Positions 1-13,023 of a DNA stretch of 64,000 nucleotides are shown here, one piece after another. Made by a program: the position numbers and the translations under genes. Numbering within the stretch: position 1 is the first letter of the stretch; every line of letters begins with the position of its first letter. Below the pieces are notes generated by a model, which was not told the origin of the DNA, did no database searches, and was given only the letters and a program-made list of their open reading frames with translations. This stretch comes from Octopus vulgaris (taxonomy: Eukaryota), in contig OX597823.1 in assembly GCA_951406725.2 (NCBI GenBank), positions 81,406,001 to 81,470,000 on the forward strand, written 5' to 3'.

Positions 1-99
1 TGGAAATATTGTGTGCAGGGTTATTGTGCAACGGAACAGGAAGTTTAAAAATTAATTTTTATTATTGAAACGTAGTTAACATGTAATCATCAACATCAT

Positions 100-335
100 T
101 ATCATCATCATCATTGTGATCATCATTTAACATCCGTTGTCCATGCTGGCATGGGTTGGACGGTTTGACCAGGGCTGGCAAGCTGGAAAGCTGCACCAGA
201 CTCCAGTCTCAATTCTATGCATGGTTTCTACAGCTGGAATATCTTCCTAATACCAACCACTCCGAGAGTATAATGGGTGCTTTTATGTGCCACCGGCATG
301 GGTGCCATTTGCATGATGCCAGTATCTTCCACGAC
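100..335 (-). mobile_element. Family D short element (RTE-type 3' tail), fragment
   Basis: Reverse complement of ...gagtggttgg..ggaag..atccagctgtagaaac..ccaacccatgccagcatgga..cggatgttaaa(tga)n, which recurs at 20340, 47270 and 52275. Confidence 0.7.
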
Positions 336-475
336 TATGATTTTACTGTTCTTCTTCTCAAGCATAGCATAATGCCAAAGGTCTCAGTCATCTGTCATTA
401 CCTCCATAAAACTCTGTAATTTCTATATTATTTATTTATATATATGTGTGTGTGTATGTGTATGTATGTATATAT

Positions 476-782
476 ACCAGAGTAAGCACATAAATGTGAA
501 ATAAGGTGGAAAAATAGTACTCGAATACCAGAGGTAGAGTAATATGCTTTATTAAAAAGCAACCTAAATATCACTAAATCTGTTACTCAGGGCTTTCATG
601 TTCCTGTTCATCAGACATATGAAAATGGACTACAAATCAGATGAAAGGAAAACAGGACATCAGAGGAATTAAATGTGGAATAAAAATTTGTCAATAATCT
701 ATTTATCTTTCCAATGAACGGGAAGGTGAAACTCTGAGTAACAGTTTTTGTGATATTTTTGTTGCTTTTTAATAAAGCGTAT
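476..782. mobile_element. Penelope-like terminal fragment with inverted arms and degenerate hammerhead motifs
   Basis: Arms 543-614 and 711-782 are reverse complements. Minus strand 581-617 reads UGU CUGAUGA ACA GGAA CAU GAAA..GAG UA ACA. Confidence 0.6.
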
Positions 783-837
783 ATATATGTATATATATAT
801 ATATATATATATACAGAGAGAGAGAGAGAGAGAGAGA

Positions 838-1249
838 GGCATAGGCGTGGCTGTGTGGTAAGAAACTTGCTTCCCAACCACATGATTCCAGGTTCAGTCC
901 CACTGCGTGGCATCTTGGGCAAGTGTCTTCTATAGCTTCAGGCCAACCAAAGCTTTGTGAGTGAATTTCGTCGATGGAAACTGAAAGAAACCTGTCATAT
1001 ATGTGTATGTGTGTGTTTGTGTGTGTCTTTGTGACTGTGTTTGCCCCTCCCCCACTGTCACTGCTTGACAACTGGTATTGGTGTTTACATCCCCGTAACT
1101 TAGTGGTTCAGCAAAAAGAGTCTGATGGAATTAGTACTAGGCTTTAAAAAAGAAGTCCTGGGGTCAATTTGTTTGACTAAAACTCTTTGAGGTGGTACTC
1201 CAGCTTGGCCGCAGTCTAATGACTGAAACAAGTTATAGATTAAAAGAAT
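838..1249 (+). mobile_element. Family A tRNA-derived SINE
   Basis: Head tggctgtgtggtaag (A box) and ggttcagtccc (B box), internal (TG)n, tail cagtctaatgactgaaacaag. More than 12 copies in the window. Confidence 0.85.
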
Positions 1250-2259
1250 ATATATATAAGCACATATATTTTTGTTGAGTGGCAAAAGCAGTATTAGTTC
1301 AAAATAACAATCTGTGCATCATACTTAAAACAGATACATCATTGAAAACCTGATAAATTGAGGTATTTTTCTCAAGATAGCATTTCTTTTTGAAGTATAG
1401 TGTTAAAAACCACAGAAATAGCTCATATTTTTCTGTGATAGTTGCAAAGAAGTATTTAGCAGTTTGGATACGTTAAATGAATTCTTTCAAATGCTTGCAT
1501 ATCTCTATAGAAATGGTTGGTGATTTCTCTTACACCTTGGTGAGCTGATTGTCAGTATTAGTAAGAACTCTGAAAGTATAGTAACATGAGTGAGAGGTGA
1601 ATGGATAAAGTTTAACTAGGGCTCTGCAAGAAACAATGGGATTCCCTTGCTGAGTGAAGGATAGATTACATGAAGCTTGTGTTGGAAGTGTAGCAATGCT
1701 GGTTGGTAGCAAAACAGGGCCATTGAATGAGGAGAGTATATGAAGAGCAGAAGGAAATGTGCAGATGCACCATTGGATGTGTAAGGTTAGCATGCATAAG
1801 AAAACGGACTACAAATCAGCTGAAGGAAAACAGGACCATCAGAGGAATTAAATGTGGAATAGAAATTTGTCAATGTTCTGTTTATCTTTTGGTTGGCATT
1901 CTTTTATAGATGGTATTTTAGCTTTATCTTTTACATGTTTTAGTCATTAGACTTGTGCCATGCTGGGGCACCACCTTGAGAAATTTTAGTCGAAGAAAAC
2001 AACCCTAGTACTTATTTTTTGTTAAAGCTTGATACTTATTCTATTGGGCTGTTTTGCTGAACTTCTAAGTTACAGGGATGTCAAGCAGTGGTAGGGGACA
2101 AACGCAGACAAAAACACAAACACACATGTATGCACACACGCGTGCGTGCACACACACACGCAAGCACACACACACGCACATACATTGTTTAGATTTAATC
2201 TTATGTCCCTGAAGTTCATTAAATGGTTTTTAGTTGGTTTTAGCTGTGATTTCAAAACC

Positions 2260-2422
2260 TAATTCCTTAAAGACATTGAAGAAATCTTTTCTATATGTTT
2301 GTGTGTATATATACATATGTGTGTGTGCGTATAGATAGATAGACAGAGAGACAGACAGTCAGATAGACAGACAGTCAGATAGACAGACAGACAGATAGAT
2401 AGATAGATACATAGATACATAA

Positions 2423-2466
<44 letters not shown>

Positions 2467-2970
2467 ATATTTATATACATATATATATATATAGGTATAC
2501 ATACATGTATATATGTATGCATATATATTATGTATATTTTATATTCCATATGTTTCTTATTATAATCATAAGTACTTTATTTCTTTTAAAATGTTTTTAA
2601 ATATGTTTTCATAACGAGGAGACCTTTTGTTGAGAATTTACTTTATTGATGTTGTCTGCCTACCTCAAATACTTACTTGTGGCACATGCCTTCTGTACAT
2701 AAGCACACACACACCCCAACACCCCACACCACACACCCAAACCTACATCTAAACCCACACACCTCACACACACATGCATATACATAAGCACACATCTATT
2801 TATATATGTATATATACATACATATTTATACATACAGGCATGCACCAATATATATATATATATTTATATATAAAACATACATACATACATGCATACATAG
2901 ATGCATAGATACATATATATATATATATATATAATTATTACATATATATATACATACATATATATATAAT
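2260..2970. repeat. Compound microsatellites (GATA/GACA/TA/CA)
   Basis: Directly visible tandem units. Confidence 0.95.
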
Positions 2971-3500
2971 TATTTGTTGTATGCAAAAATAAATATTTGT
3001 TTCCAAATATTTTGATAATGTTGACTTCATTGGTCCATTTTGATTGAATAAATTTTACATACAAATGAATTTTAAAAACATTTGGTTTTGAAAATAACGA
3101 GACTTTCAGAGTTTGAAAATGAAGATATAAACAATAACCTGTTTACTAATTGAAGGTATTGTCAAAATTCTCTAAAAGCCTTAATTAATTGCATTAAATT
3201 TTATTTTTGTACATGGAATTTCTGATTTAGTTCATCAAGTTCTTGCTTTTGTGCAATTTCCTCCAACCCAAGTTATATGAAACGACGTAAAGATTTGCTA
3301 GTTTATTAGATTTCCTGTCAATCTGGTTTTCTAGATTTTCCTCTTATCTTTCCAAAGAAAATATATTCTATTGTAGCGCTAGGCCAACCAAAGCCTTGTT
3401 TGTGGATTTGGTAGATGGAAATTGAAAAAAGCCTGTTCTGTGCATGCATGCAGGCATGTATGTATGTATGTATGTATGTATGTATGTATGTACGTACGTA

Positions 3501-3540
<40 letters not shown>

Positions 3541-3620
3541 TGTATGTATATATGTATGTCAGTATTTATGTCTGTCTGTCAGTTCATCCATATGTATGAG
3601 TGTGTGTATATGTTTGTGCA

Positions 3621-3655
<35 letters not shown>

Positions 3656-4075
3656 GAGAGAATGAGTGTGTGAGAGAAAGAGAGAGAGAATGAGTGACAG
3701 AAAGAGAGAATGAGTGAGAGAGAGAGAGAGTTAGTGTCTTCTTACCTTGACAGTGCCTGATTGTTGTAAACAAGTATCACTGTCATCCCAAGATCCCATG
3801 ACATTTTGGGTTTCCTGGATCAGGACAGACCTGAAGTCAAATAACAATAACAAAAAAAACACCAATAACCAATTCTATGTTCTATGTAACTGTATGAAAC
3901 ATCGTCTTTGTCGTTGTCATCATCAGCATCATCATCATTTTAATGCCTACTTTTCCATGCATGCATAGGTCAGACGAGATTTGTTAAGGCAAACTTTCCA
4001 CAGCTGGATGATCTCCCTGTCACAAACCCCGAGTTGTTTCCTAGTAGGGTAATTCTTCCCGATAGGTGGATAGGT

Positions 4076-4180
4076 TGCTAGCATGGGTTGGACAGTTTGA
4101 CTGAGGGCTGGTGAAACCTCAGTCAAACTGTCCAACCCATGCTAGCATGGAAAGCGGACGTTAAACGATGATGATGATGA
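4076..4180. repeat. Perfect 31-bp inverted repeat built from a family D / RTE-type tail
   Basis: tgctagcatgggttggacagtttgactgagg (4076-4106), 10-nt spacer, exact reverse complement (4117-4147), then (GAT)n. Confidence 0.9.
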
Positions 4181-4189
4181 ATAGGTTGT

Positions 4190-4650
4190 CCATTGATGTC
4201 CAATGATGATAAAACCTATGTTCTCATTGATGAGAGCATATGTGACTGTGCAGTCCAAAGCTGGAAGCACACAGGTACCCATGGATGTCACAGCAGAAGT
4301 CTGTTGACCAGATTGAGGCAGATGTTGTCCTGTGATGTCTTTCTCTTGCCGCATCAAGACACTGTTGGCAGTCTTTTTTGAAGGCAGCTGCTGCATATGA
4401 TATACCTCCATACTGATCTGTCTGCACAGAGGCTCTGAGTTCACAAGGGCTTATGCCACTCTATTAGACGTTACTTTTCAGAATGTCTTTGTACGTCAGT
4501 TTAGGTGTTCCTTGTTTGTGTGAGCCCTGCATGGGCTTGCTGAACAACAGCTGTCTGGGTACACAGTTGTCAGTCATTCTGATGACATGGCTAGCCCAGT
4601 GTAACTGTGTCTTCAGTCACGTTGACCCAATGCTTGTTGAAGACAATGTG
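4190..4650 (-). mobile_element. RTE/BovB-type LINE 3' coding remnant
   Basis: Minus translation QLHWASHVIRMTDNCVPRQLLF..GTPKLTYKDILK and a degenerate terminal zinc finger (C..LCASSFGLHSH). Stops and frameshifts present. Confidence 0.8.
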
Positions 4651-5024
4651 AATAAAGGGTGAATGTCTACAGTTTCATGCTTGCACAAGTCAGACGGAAT
4701 TTGTTAATAGTAGTTTTTTCAGCTGGATGCCTTTCCTATCACCAATCCTTGCCTGTTTCCAATATAGTGAATATTTACCCATGGCCAGACATGTTTCCAT
4801 GAAAGATTAGAAATGAAAAAAGACACTGCTTGTATGATGGTGGCACACACCCTCCCACTCACAAGCCTTGGTTGGCTGCATATTGGGACTAACTTAACCA
4901 AAAACCATATGTTTTTGAAGGAAGCTTCTTAACAACATGACCATTTTTGCACCTACCTATGATCTGATATATATATACTCTTTTACTTGTTTCAGTCATT
5001 TGACTGCGGCCATGCTGTAGCAGT

Positions 5025-5484
5025 GCATAGCCTCTGAGAAACTGTTTTGCATGATATGTTGACATCGGAAGTGGAGCAAAACTTGCATGATATGTCACCA
5101 GCACTCTTAAACCTATACATCAGTGACATTCTAACCATAATATAATCTTGTCCTGGTGAAGTTTTACCAGTTTTGGGTTTAGCATCTGTCGATCCTGATG
5201 ACTTAAAACAAGCTACAATTTATTGCACAACACTTCTTGACCTTCCTATATTAGTTGCTATCACAGAATTTGACTTACTCTCTTGGTGAAGGCATGCAAT
5301 CCTTTGTTATTCATCACAGGATACTGGTCATCTCTCACAAGCCACCGTGTAGACAGTTGAGTGTTCCAATAATGTAAAGTCATATGTAGCAACTGTTAGC
5401 CCATTAACAGTCTTCTAAACAACAAATACCTCAGTTAGTTGTTCATTTTTTTCCAAGTGACCCTTAACTTTTGGCCGCTGCAGT
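5025..5484 (-). mobile_element. Tc1-like transposon 5' relic (TIR plus HTH domains)
   Basis: Minus strand starts actgcagcggccaaaagt. Translation RIACLHQESKSNSVIATNIGRSRSVVQ*IVACFKSSGSTDAKPKTG..DYIMVRMSLMYRFKSAGDIS..ISCKTVSQRL resembles the Tc1 paired-like HTH. Confidence 0.8.
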
Positions 5485-6057
5485 TTATAAGATTGTTTGT
5501 TTATTTCCCCATAACTTACGAAATTTATTCCATTCACTTGAAATTTTCATGAAAGATAGATATTAGATATATCTAAATATGTGTAAAATATAAAGTCTCA
5601 ACATGTTAATCTTCTATAATAACTATTTCAATACACATGTTCTTACCGATCTTTATATGATGGCCGCCACTATATATATATACATAGATATCTATATCTA
5701 TCTATCTATATATATATATAGATTTATAAATTTTAAGCTATGATGTGCTATTTCATTTAAAAAGCTAAAAACCAATACTAATGTTAGCTCTGGTTCACTG
5801 TTTTTAAGACAGAAAGGCAATAAAATCTCCACCTAGATGAAACACTAATCTTTTTAAGGTGACATTGTCGTAAAGTTTTGTACTCATTCTTGACAACTCA
5901 GTCAATTTCAAAATAGAAACCTGTCTGTTAATATTCCAATACCATATTCCTTTGGTTATTTCCTATCTTAACCATCTGAATTTTGTAAACGTTCATATTT
6001 CTGCTGCTTGATTAATTTCAAAGAGTCTGACATTAGAAATCCTTTTATCTTGAAGTA

Positions 6058-6320
6058 TGTTATCATCATCATCATCATCATCATCATCATCGTCATCGTC
6101 GTCATCGTCGCTGTTGTCATTGTCGTTGTCATCGTCGTAATCATCATCATCATCGCCATCGTCCTCGTCGTTGTAATCACCGTTGTTGTAATCATCATTG
6201 TCATCGTAATCATCATCATTGTAGTCATCGACATAATCATCATCATCGTCATAATCATCATCGTCGTCGTCATAATCATCATCGTTGTAATCATGATCAT
6301 GATTATGATCATCATATAAC
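6058..6320. repeat. Degenerate (ATC/GTC)n trinucleotide array
   Basis: Visible directly; explains the poly-D/M/I ORFs. Confidence 0.95.
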
Positions 6321-8190
6321 ATCAACTTTTCCATGGTAGTATGGGTCAGACAGTATTTGTTGAGATAGATTTTCTATGGCAGGATATTCTTCCTCTTGTC
6401 AGCCCACACCAGTTTCCAAGCATAGAAAATATTCCTCTGTGGCCAGACATATTTTTTGTGGATAACTGGAAGCGAAAAACATTCTCATTTACATCAAACT
6501 TATGAAAAGTTTTGAAATAATACTTCCTTGCCAACATATAGCTGAGTAGCAGAATTCAGTTAGAGCCTATTTATATTCCTTGAATGTCTCCTAAAAACAT
6601 AACCATTTCGTTGGATTAATAGAATTAAGCCAACCACCACGGTCACTAGAATCAGCAAGTAGCTATCTTATAAGGATTACTGGTCAGTGATCAGATACAT
6701 GCATCAACATCTGTATGTAGTTAAGAGGAATTGGGAAATTGGAGATCAGGCACCCAGAGTCAAGGATTATGGAGAGCTGTAAAGGGAAAGCTTTATCCAG
6801 CAGTGATAGGTGATTGATTCGGGAGTTTTGAGTTCAAATCTGGGTAAGTCAAATTTATCTTCTGTTGTTATGTGATCAATAAAATAAATACCAATTTTTC
6901 TCATCCTCTTCCATTCCTTATACATTTTCGCCCCCTCACTCACCCACCCATTTCTACTCACCTTGTATCATGAAGAGTTACCTGGATACCTCATCGCCAA
7001 TATTTAGTTATTTATAGCTCCTACTGATCATTCTCACCTCTCTTCTAAATGTGAGCAGCCATGCAACTCCTCTACAAGAACATGCTATTTCCTCACCTTT
7101 CTCTCATACTTTGACCCTGCATCTCCCTAGCGTAAAGCTGACCCCACTCCCATTGCATTTGTAGTCTTGCAAACTGCATGCCAACCCCTACAATGCTGTT
7201 GGCATGAAAGAAAAGCACCTAGCACATGCTGTAAAGTGGTTGGCATTTGGAAGGGCATCAAGCTGTAGAAGCCATGTCAAAGAAGACATCTGAGTATGAT
7301 GCAGTGCTAGGGCCTGCTGGATCTTGTCAAACCATCCCAACTCATGTCTGCAAAGAATATGGATGTTAAATGACGATGTCTCAATGAAATCTACCATTCT
7401 CTTATAAATATTGATTTTGTGCTAAATAAAAGAAGAAAAACATCATTTAATTGGTGTTTTTGCTCTTTAAACTGTAAGATACATACGGTGTCTATTTACA
7501 GTTTGGTAGATTAAACTAATGAGTGTTAAGAGTATTAACCATACTCACAGTTTAGTGTTGTTGTTGTTGGTGATGGCAAATATGGAACAACCGTTCAGCC
7601 AGTAGTCTGGCTATATTGATTTAGCCAAGTGCTGCAAATGTCGTGTTGCTAGTAGACCAATAATAAGCATAGTTAAAACTTTTAACTATAAATTAGACAT
7701 GGATAGAGTACCACTCACTTCCAGAATCGTTGCACAACCAGACAGTTTCCTGTGTGATGGAAGTAGCTGTTAGAAATCTATTCACATTTTTCAAAGACTG
7801 CATCCTGTTATTGTTGGAATAATCTCAGAATGACTTCTATTATAATTAAAATTTCTGTCAGGTTTTAACATTTTGAGCCAAACAAATGGTTGTTGAATAT
7901 TTGCACAAATGTCATGGATAATGAATGAAATATATCATGTGGAAAATTTTGACCTCTTACATTCAAGAACCAATAAGAATTCAGAAACTGTGCTACCATT
8001 TTTATTTTTTTGTGTTATTTCTCTCCTACAAATTACTCTCCTTATATAATAAAACAAAAAAAAACCCCAAAAAATCCAAGTCACTTGACCTTATTGTGGA
8101 TGATAAAAATGATGGTGATCGTAGTTAAGTATAATGGTTATTTAAACATTTATTTGCTGTTGCTGTTACCAGCCTTGGGATATTGTAATG

Positions 8191-8782
8191 TATGTGTGCA
8201 TGTGCGTTATTCAGTTTTATTTCAAGATTTCTTGCCAATAGAGAAAGAACTGGTTCCTAACCTAGATCCAAGACTCCTCCAGTGGAATTACAACAACACC
8301 AACAGGGTATTATTTGTGTATGTTTGTTTGTATGTGTGCATGTGCATTATTCAGTTTTATTTCAAGATTTCTTGCCAATAGAGAAAGAACTGGTTCCTAA
8401 CCTAGATCCAAGACTCCTCCAGTGGAATTACAACAACACCAACAGGGTATTATTTGTGTATGTTTGTTTGTATGTGTGCAATATTTGGAGTCAGTGCCTG
8501 TGCAGATTTGTATGTTTTGTTTTAAGTATGTATCCTCATGCATACAGTTACACATCTAGACGTGCACATATACACTTAAATGCTAAACTTCTGGAAAGTT
8601 TTACAAATATTTACAGTGCCATTGATGGCTTCAAGCTGCAATATTTGAATTAGCTTTCTCCTTTCTGGTTTTGCCTAATTTCTCAAGATTGGTGGTTAGC
8701 CAGTTTGTTGCATATCCCAGTGCTCCAATAATTACAAGTATAAGCCTGAACTTATATTCTGGGTAGAGTGACTGTAAATTTT
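8191..8782 (-). mobile_element. R4/Dong-like (RLE) LINE 3' end with a tandemly duplicated 140-bp 3' UTR segment
   Basis: Minus translation QNLQSLYPEYKFRLILVIIGALGYATNWLTTNLEKLG resembles the RLE C-terminus. 8191-8330 is near-identical to 8331-8470. Same UTR on + at 22080-22335. Confidence 0.7.
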
Positions 8783-8804
8783 TCTGTCTGTCTGTCTGTC
8801 TGTA

Positions 8805-8835
<31 letters not shown>

Positions 8836-9637
8836 ATGTATGTATGTATGTATGTATGTATGTATAAATGAATAAATGCATGCATCATTTAGAGAGTGGG
8901 ATTGCTGGTGTGTTAGGTTATTATCACTTTAAAAAAATAGCTTCAGTCATGGGTATCACTTGATTTTTAACATTTCTGTTATATATATCATTAAATACAT
9001 ATACTAATGTATATGCTTTGTGTATTTTCTGCTGGCTGCAATGGTGTATCAGAGTATATATACGTGTGTGTGTGTATACAGGTACGATAGATATGTATGC
9101 TTGTATGTATCCATGTATGGGTATGATATATATATTTGTATGCAAGTCCAAATGTATATTATAAAATACTGAAGTTTAGTGTAGTATAATGCAATATAGT
9201 AGAAAGAAGTTAGCATTGCTATTGTTTATTAGTGCCCCAACCCTGATTGAGAATACTTATAGTCAAAGACATTTTAGCCACAACTATCCTGTCCTGTTTT
9301 ATTCTTCTTAGATGTAGTGTATCTAAGACTGCACTATCCATCACATTCTTTGATTTTTTACAGATTGTTCAATATAATTTGAGTGAGATTTGGCTCCCAT
9401 TTCTAGTAAATTAAGCAAACATGTAATAACTTCTTCATTCCCTCAAAAAATATAATGCTGTGCAGTTATGTGTGCAGTGTAGTGTAATGTAGCAGAGTTA
9501 GTATGTGCATTATAATGTATTATAGAACAGTGAAGTGTACTGGTTTCTATTGTGTATTGGCTAGAGTTATGGACCCTTGAATATTATTGTTGTGTTTGGA
9601 GTGGTTCTTATATTTTCATGATTCAAGTGGATGCATG

Positions 9638-10054
9638 ATTAACCCTTTAGTATTTAAGCCGACCATATCCAGCCAAAATATTCCTACTGTTTTAGGTTCA
9701 AACTGGCCAGATCCTGCCTCTCACACCTACCCTACAATGTCATTCTAAAACAAACAGTCACATCATTTAAATCTTGAAGCTACAAGATAATACATGAGTG
9801 ATTCCAAGTAATGTAAATAATAAACATTACATTTGACAAAATAAGGTGGCGGGCTGGAAGAAACGTTAGCACGCTAGGCGAAATGCTGTCTTTACATTCT
9901 GAGTTCTAATCCCGCCAAGGTCAACTTTCGGAGTCGATAAATTAAGTACCAATTGCATACAGGGGTTGATCTAATCAACTGGCCCTTTCCCCCAAAACTG
10001 CCTAGAGTAGAAAAGATTACATTTGACTGAATAATCTGAATGCTAAAGGCTTAA
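9638..10054. mobile_element. piggyBac-like MITE interrupted by a family B SINE (about 9843-10015)
   Basis: Ends ttaaccctttag..ctaaaggcttaa (TTAA-bounded TIR). The SINE is flanked by duplicated attacatttgac. Related copies at 47788-48354 and 63295-63832. Confidence 0.75.
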
Positions 10055-10094
10055 GCAATAAGACCATGAATTATTTCAGTATTAACTGCGTGAA

Positions 10095-10292
10095 AGAAGG
10101 TGGTGAGCTGGACAAAATGCTTGGTGGCATTTTGTTTGTTTTCATATTCTGAGTTCAAATTCTGCTGAGGTTGACTTTGCCTTTCATCCTTTTGGGGGTC
10201 TATAAAATAAGTACCAGTTGAACACTGGGGTCGATGTAATCGACTCATCCCCTCCCCCAAAATTGCTGCCCTTATGGCAAAATTTTAAACCA
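10095..10292 (+). mobile_element. Family B SINE
   Basis: ggtggtgagctgg..gagttcaaattc..gactttgcctttcatccttt.ggggtc.ataaaataagtaccag core, which resembles (from memory) the Meta-type SINE central domain. Confidence 0.8.
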
Positions 10293-10309
10293 TTATTTTA
10301 CAAGGGTAT

Positions 10310-10972
10310 TTTATCTTTTACTTGTTTCAGTCATTAGACTGAGGCCATACTGGGGCACCACCCTGAAGAACTTTAGTTGAATGAACTGACCCTGGTAGTT
10401 ACTTTATTTTTTAAGGCTGATACTTATTCTGTCGCTTTTACCAAAATGCTAAGTTACAGGAATGTAAACACACCAACACCAGTTGTTAAGCCGTGGTGGG
10501 AGACAAAGACAGACACACCCCCCACATATATATGTGTGTGTGGTGTGGAGGTGCGTGGTTTAGTGGTTAGGGTGTCAGCATCATGATCGTAAGATTGTGG
10601 TTTCGATTCCTGGACTGGGCGATGCATTGTGTTCTTGAGCAAAACACTTAATTTCACGTTGTTCCAGTCCACTCAGCTGGCAAAAATCAGTAACACTGTG
10701 ATGGACTGGTGTCTTATCCAGCTGGGGAACACATACGCCATAGAAACCGGGAAACCGGGCCCATGAGCCTGGCTAGGTTTTAAAAGGGCACATTTATTTT
10801 ATTATATATATATATATATATATTATGATGGGCTACTTTAAGTTTCTGTGTACTGAATCTACTCACAAGGCTTCGGTTGGTCTGAGTCTATAATGAAAGA
10901 CACTTGCCCAAGGTGCCATACAGTAGGACAGAACTCAGAACCATGTGGTTGAGAAGCAATCTTCTTACCAAG
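10310..10972 (-). mobile_element. Family A SINE split by a family C SINE (10546-10800, +)
   Basis: A tail at 10310-10520 and A head at 10825-10972. The C copy (tggtttagtggttag..gtttcgattcc..ttgtgttcttgagcaaaacactt) sits in the internal microsatellite. Confidence 0.8.
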
Positions 10973-11761
10973 CTGCTAGATATTTTAAAGTGGATTTATG
11001 GGAGAAATATATTTAAATATAATGCTGTAACATTAAGCTGAAATAAAGTATGAAGCCATAACTTTATCATATATAAACTACATTATAACAGTACCATATT
11101 TCAGTTTTATCTTCTTTCATATCAACCGTATAGTTGCATATATTTTGATTGATACAACTGCTGTACACGATATAAAACTCAAACTTTTAAGCTATGATAA
11201 GTTTGTGTAACTACAATTAGCCATCAGAGCAATGCACCAATGCTGTGGTTTTGTTGTCATCCACTCATTGCAAATTAACTGATAGCCAGATGAAAGTTTA
11301 CCATTCCTTTCATCTTTCTTGGAGAATTTTCATTTAGATAATTAAGAAATGTTTCTTAGAGGCAACACAGTTATTAAATAATGTAAGACATGTATGAGGT
11401 GTGGCAGGAGAAGAAGATATGAGGTTTGATGGAGAAGGAGATAAAATGAGACCTCTCCATATAGTTTGTCTTTTATCTTTTATTTCTTTCAGTCTGTAGA
11501 CTGTGGCCAGGTTGTGGCACCACCTTGAAGAATTTTAATCAAATGAATTTTTAGGCCTGGTACTTTATTCTATTGGCTGCTATTGCTTAGTTGCTTATGT
11601 TGTGGGGATGTAAACACACTAACAATGGTTCTCAAGCAGTGGTCATAGGCAAACACACTCACAAACAGACACACACACACATAGATACACACACACACAT
11701 GCACACACACATGCACACACACATGCACACACGCACGCACACATACACATACACACACACG

Positions 11762-11802
<41 letters not shown>

Positions 11803-12039
11803 CAAGATATTAAACTACCAACTTCAAGTCTATGTATTCAAATCTTTTGCTTGTATTTCCTGGTGTTATTGCACACATTGTTTATTCTGTGTTTCAGTTC
11901 ATTTAGCTCTTGGGAATAAGTTTCATATCATATGAGAATGTTACTAGCAATAAACTAGCATCCTATCCAGGTAGAGATTTATCATTCATCCACTTCATGT
12001 TATGAAACCAGAACTAAGCTTTGATTCTCATGGTGCCTC

Positions 12040-12336
12040 TTATGGATTGTTTGTTCCTTCTTGAGCCATGCCTGGCTCATAAGGGCCAGTTTCCCGGTTT
12101 CCTTGGCGTATAGATTCCCCACCTGGACGGGACGCCGGTCCGTTGCAGGTGAGCTGCAAGATGCAGAAGGAAAGGGTGAGGGAAAGTTGTGGCAAAAAAG
12201 TCAGCAGAAGTTCGCCATTACTTTCTGCCAGAGTCACGTGAAGCTTAGGTTTTTCGCTCATAAACACACACATCGCCCGGTCTGAGATTCGAACCCGTGA
12301 GTTCACTGCTCTAACCACTAGGCCATGTGCCTCCAC
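12040..12336 (-). mobile_element. tRNA-derived SINE (family C-related)
   Basis: Minus strand starts ggaggcacatggcctagtggttagagc..gggttcgaatctc. Flanked by the direct repeat cctcttatggatt (candidate TSD). Confidence 0.8.
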
Positions 12337-12631
12337 CTCTTATGGATTAGAAGACAATTACTTGCAATAAGTCATCATTCTCTCCAGAGTCTTTTTTCAT
12401 TCATATGCATGATGCTATTTATGGTAGTCAGAACTGAATATGGGCTTTTTTGATTTGTGTGATTCAGAAATTGTCAGCATTTAGCTCTAATAAGAGTTTA
12501 GACCTTCCCTCTGGCCCTACATGGTGGTACACACAACTTGAATATTATTGTTGTAAACAACTTCTATTGCAGATAGATACAGAAGTGAACTATGACAGCT
12601 CTGCAGTGTTGTAGCCAATTAAAAAAAAAAT

Positions 12632-13023
12632 TCTTCCCAATATAAAGCTGAAGTTGTCTGTGTATGGCAGGTTTGGTAGCCTCCAAATAACACTATCTCC
12701 TCCGAGACCCTGCAGCGCAAGTTGACCAAAATTGAGAGTATGATAGAAGAAGGCTTGTTCTTCCTTCCGTAGAAGAAAAAATTGAAATTGGACCATGTTA
12801 ACACCAAAAATTATTTACATCAAAAAGGTGCTTTTTTTTCTATGAAAATCCCCATTTTTAATGATTTTTTGACTGCTGTGTCACCATTTTTCAGTGTATT
12901 TCAACCAGAAAAATGTTCACTTAAAGAGAATAACAAGCTACATAACGCAAAATTTTTACTTTTCAAAAATTCCAATTCTAAAGGGTCAAAACAAACCCGA
13001 GCAACGCCAGGCGATACTGCTAG
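12632..13023 (+). mobile_element. Non-autonomous Helitron-like element
   Basis: 5' tc..aatataaagctgaagttgtctgtg; 3' GC-rich hairpin cccgagcaacgccagg followed by CTAG then T. Confidence 0.65.

Noticed and set aside
5968-6334. Poly-Asp/Met/Ile ORFs (also 21484-21947, 25816-26234, 42078-42408)
   Set aside because: Translations of trinucleotide microsatellites, open in several frames on both strands.
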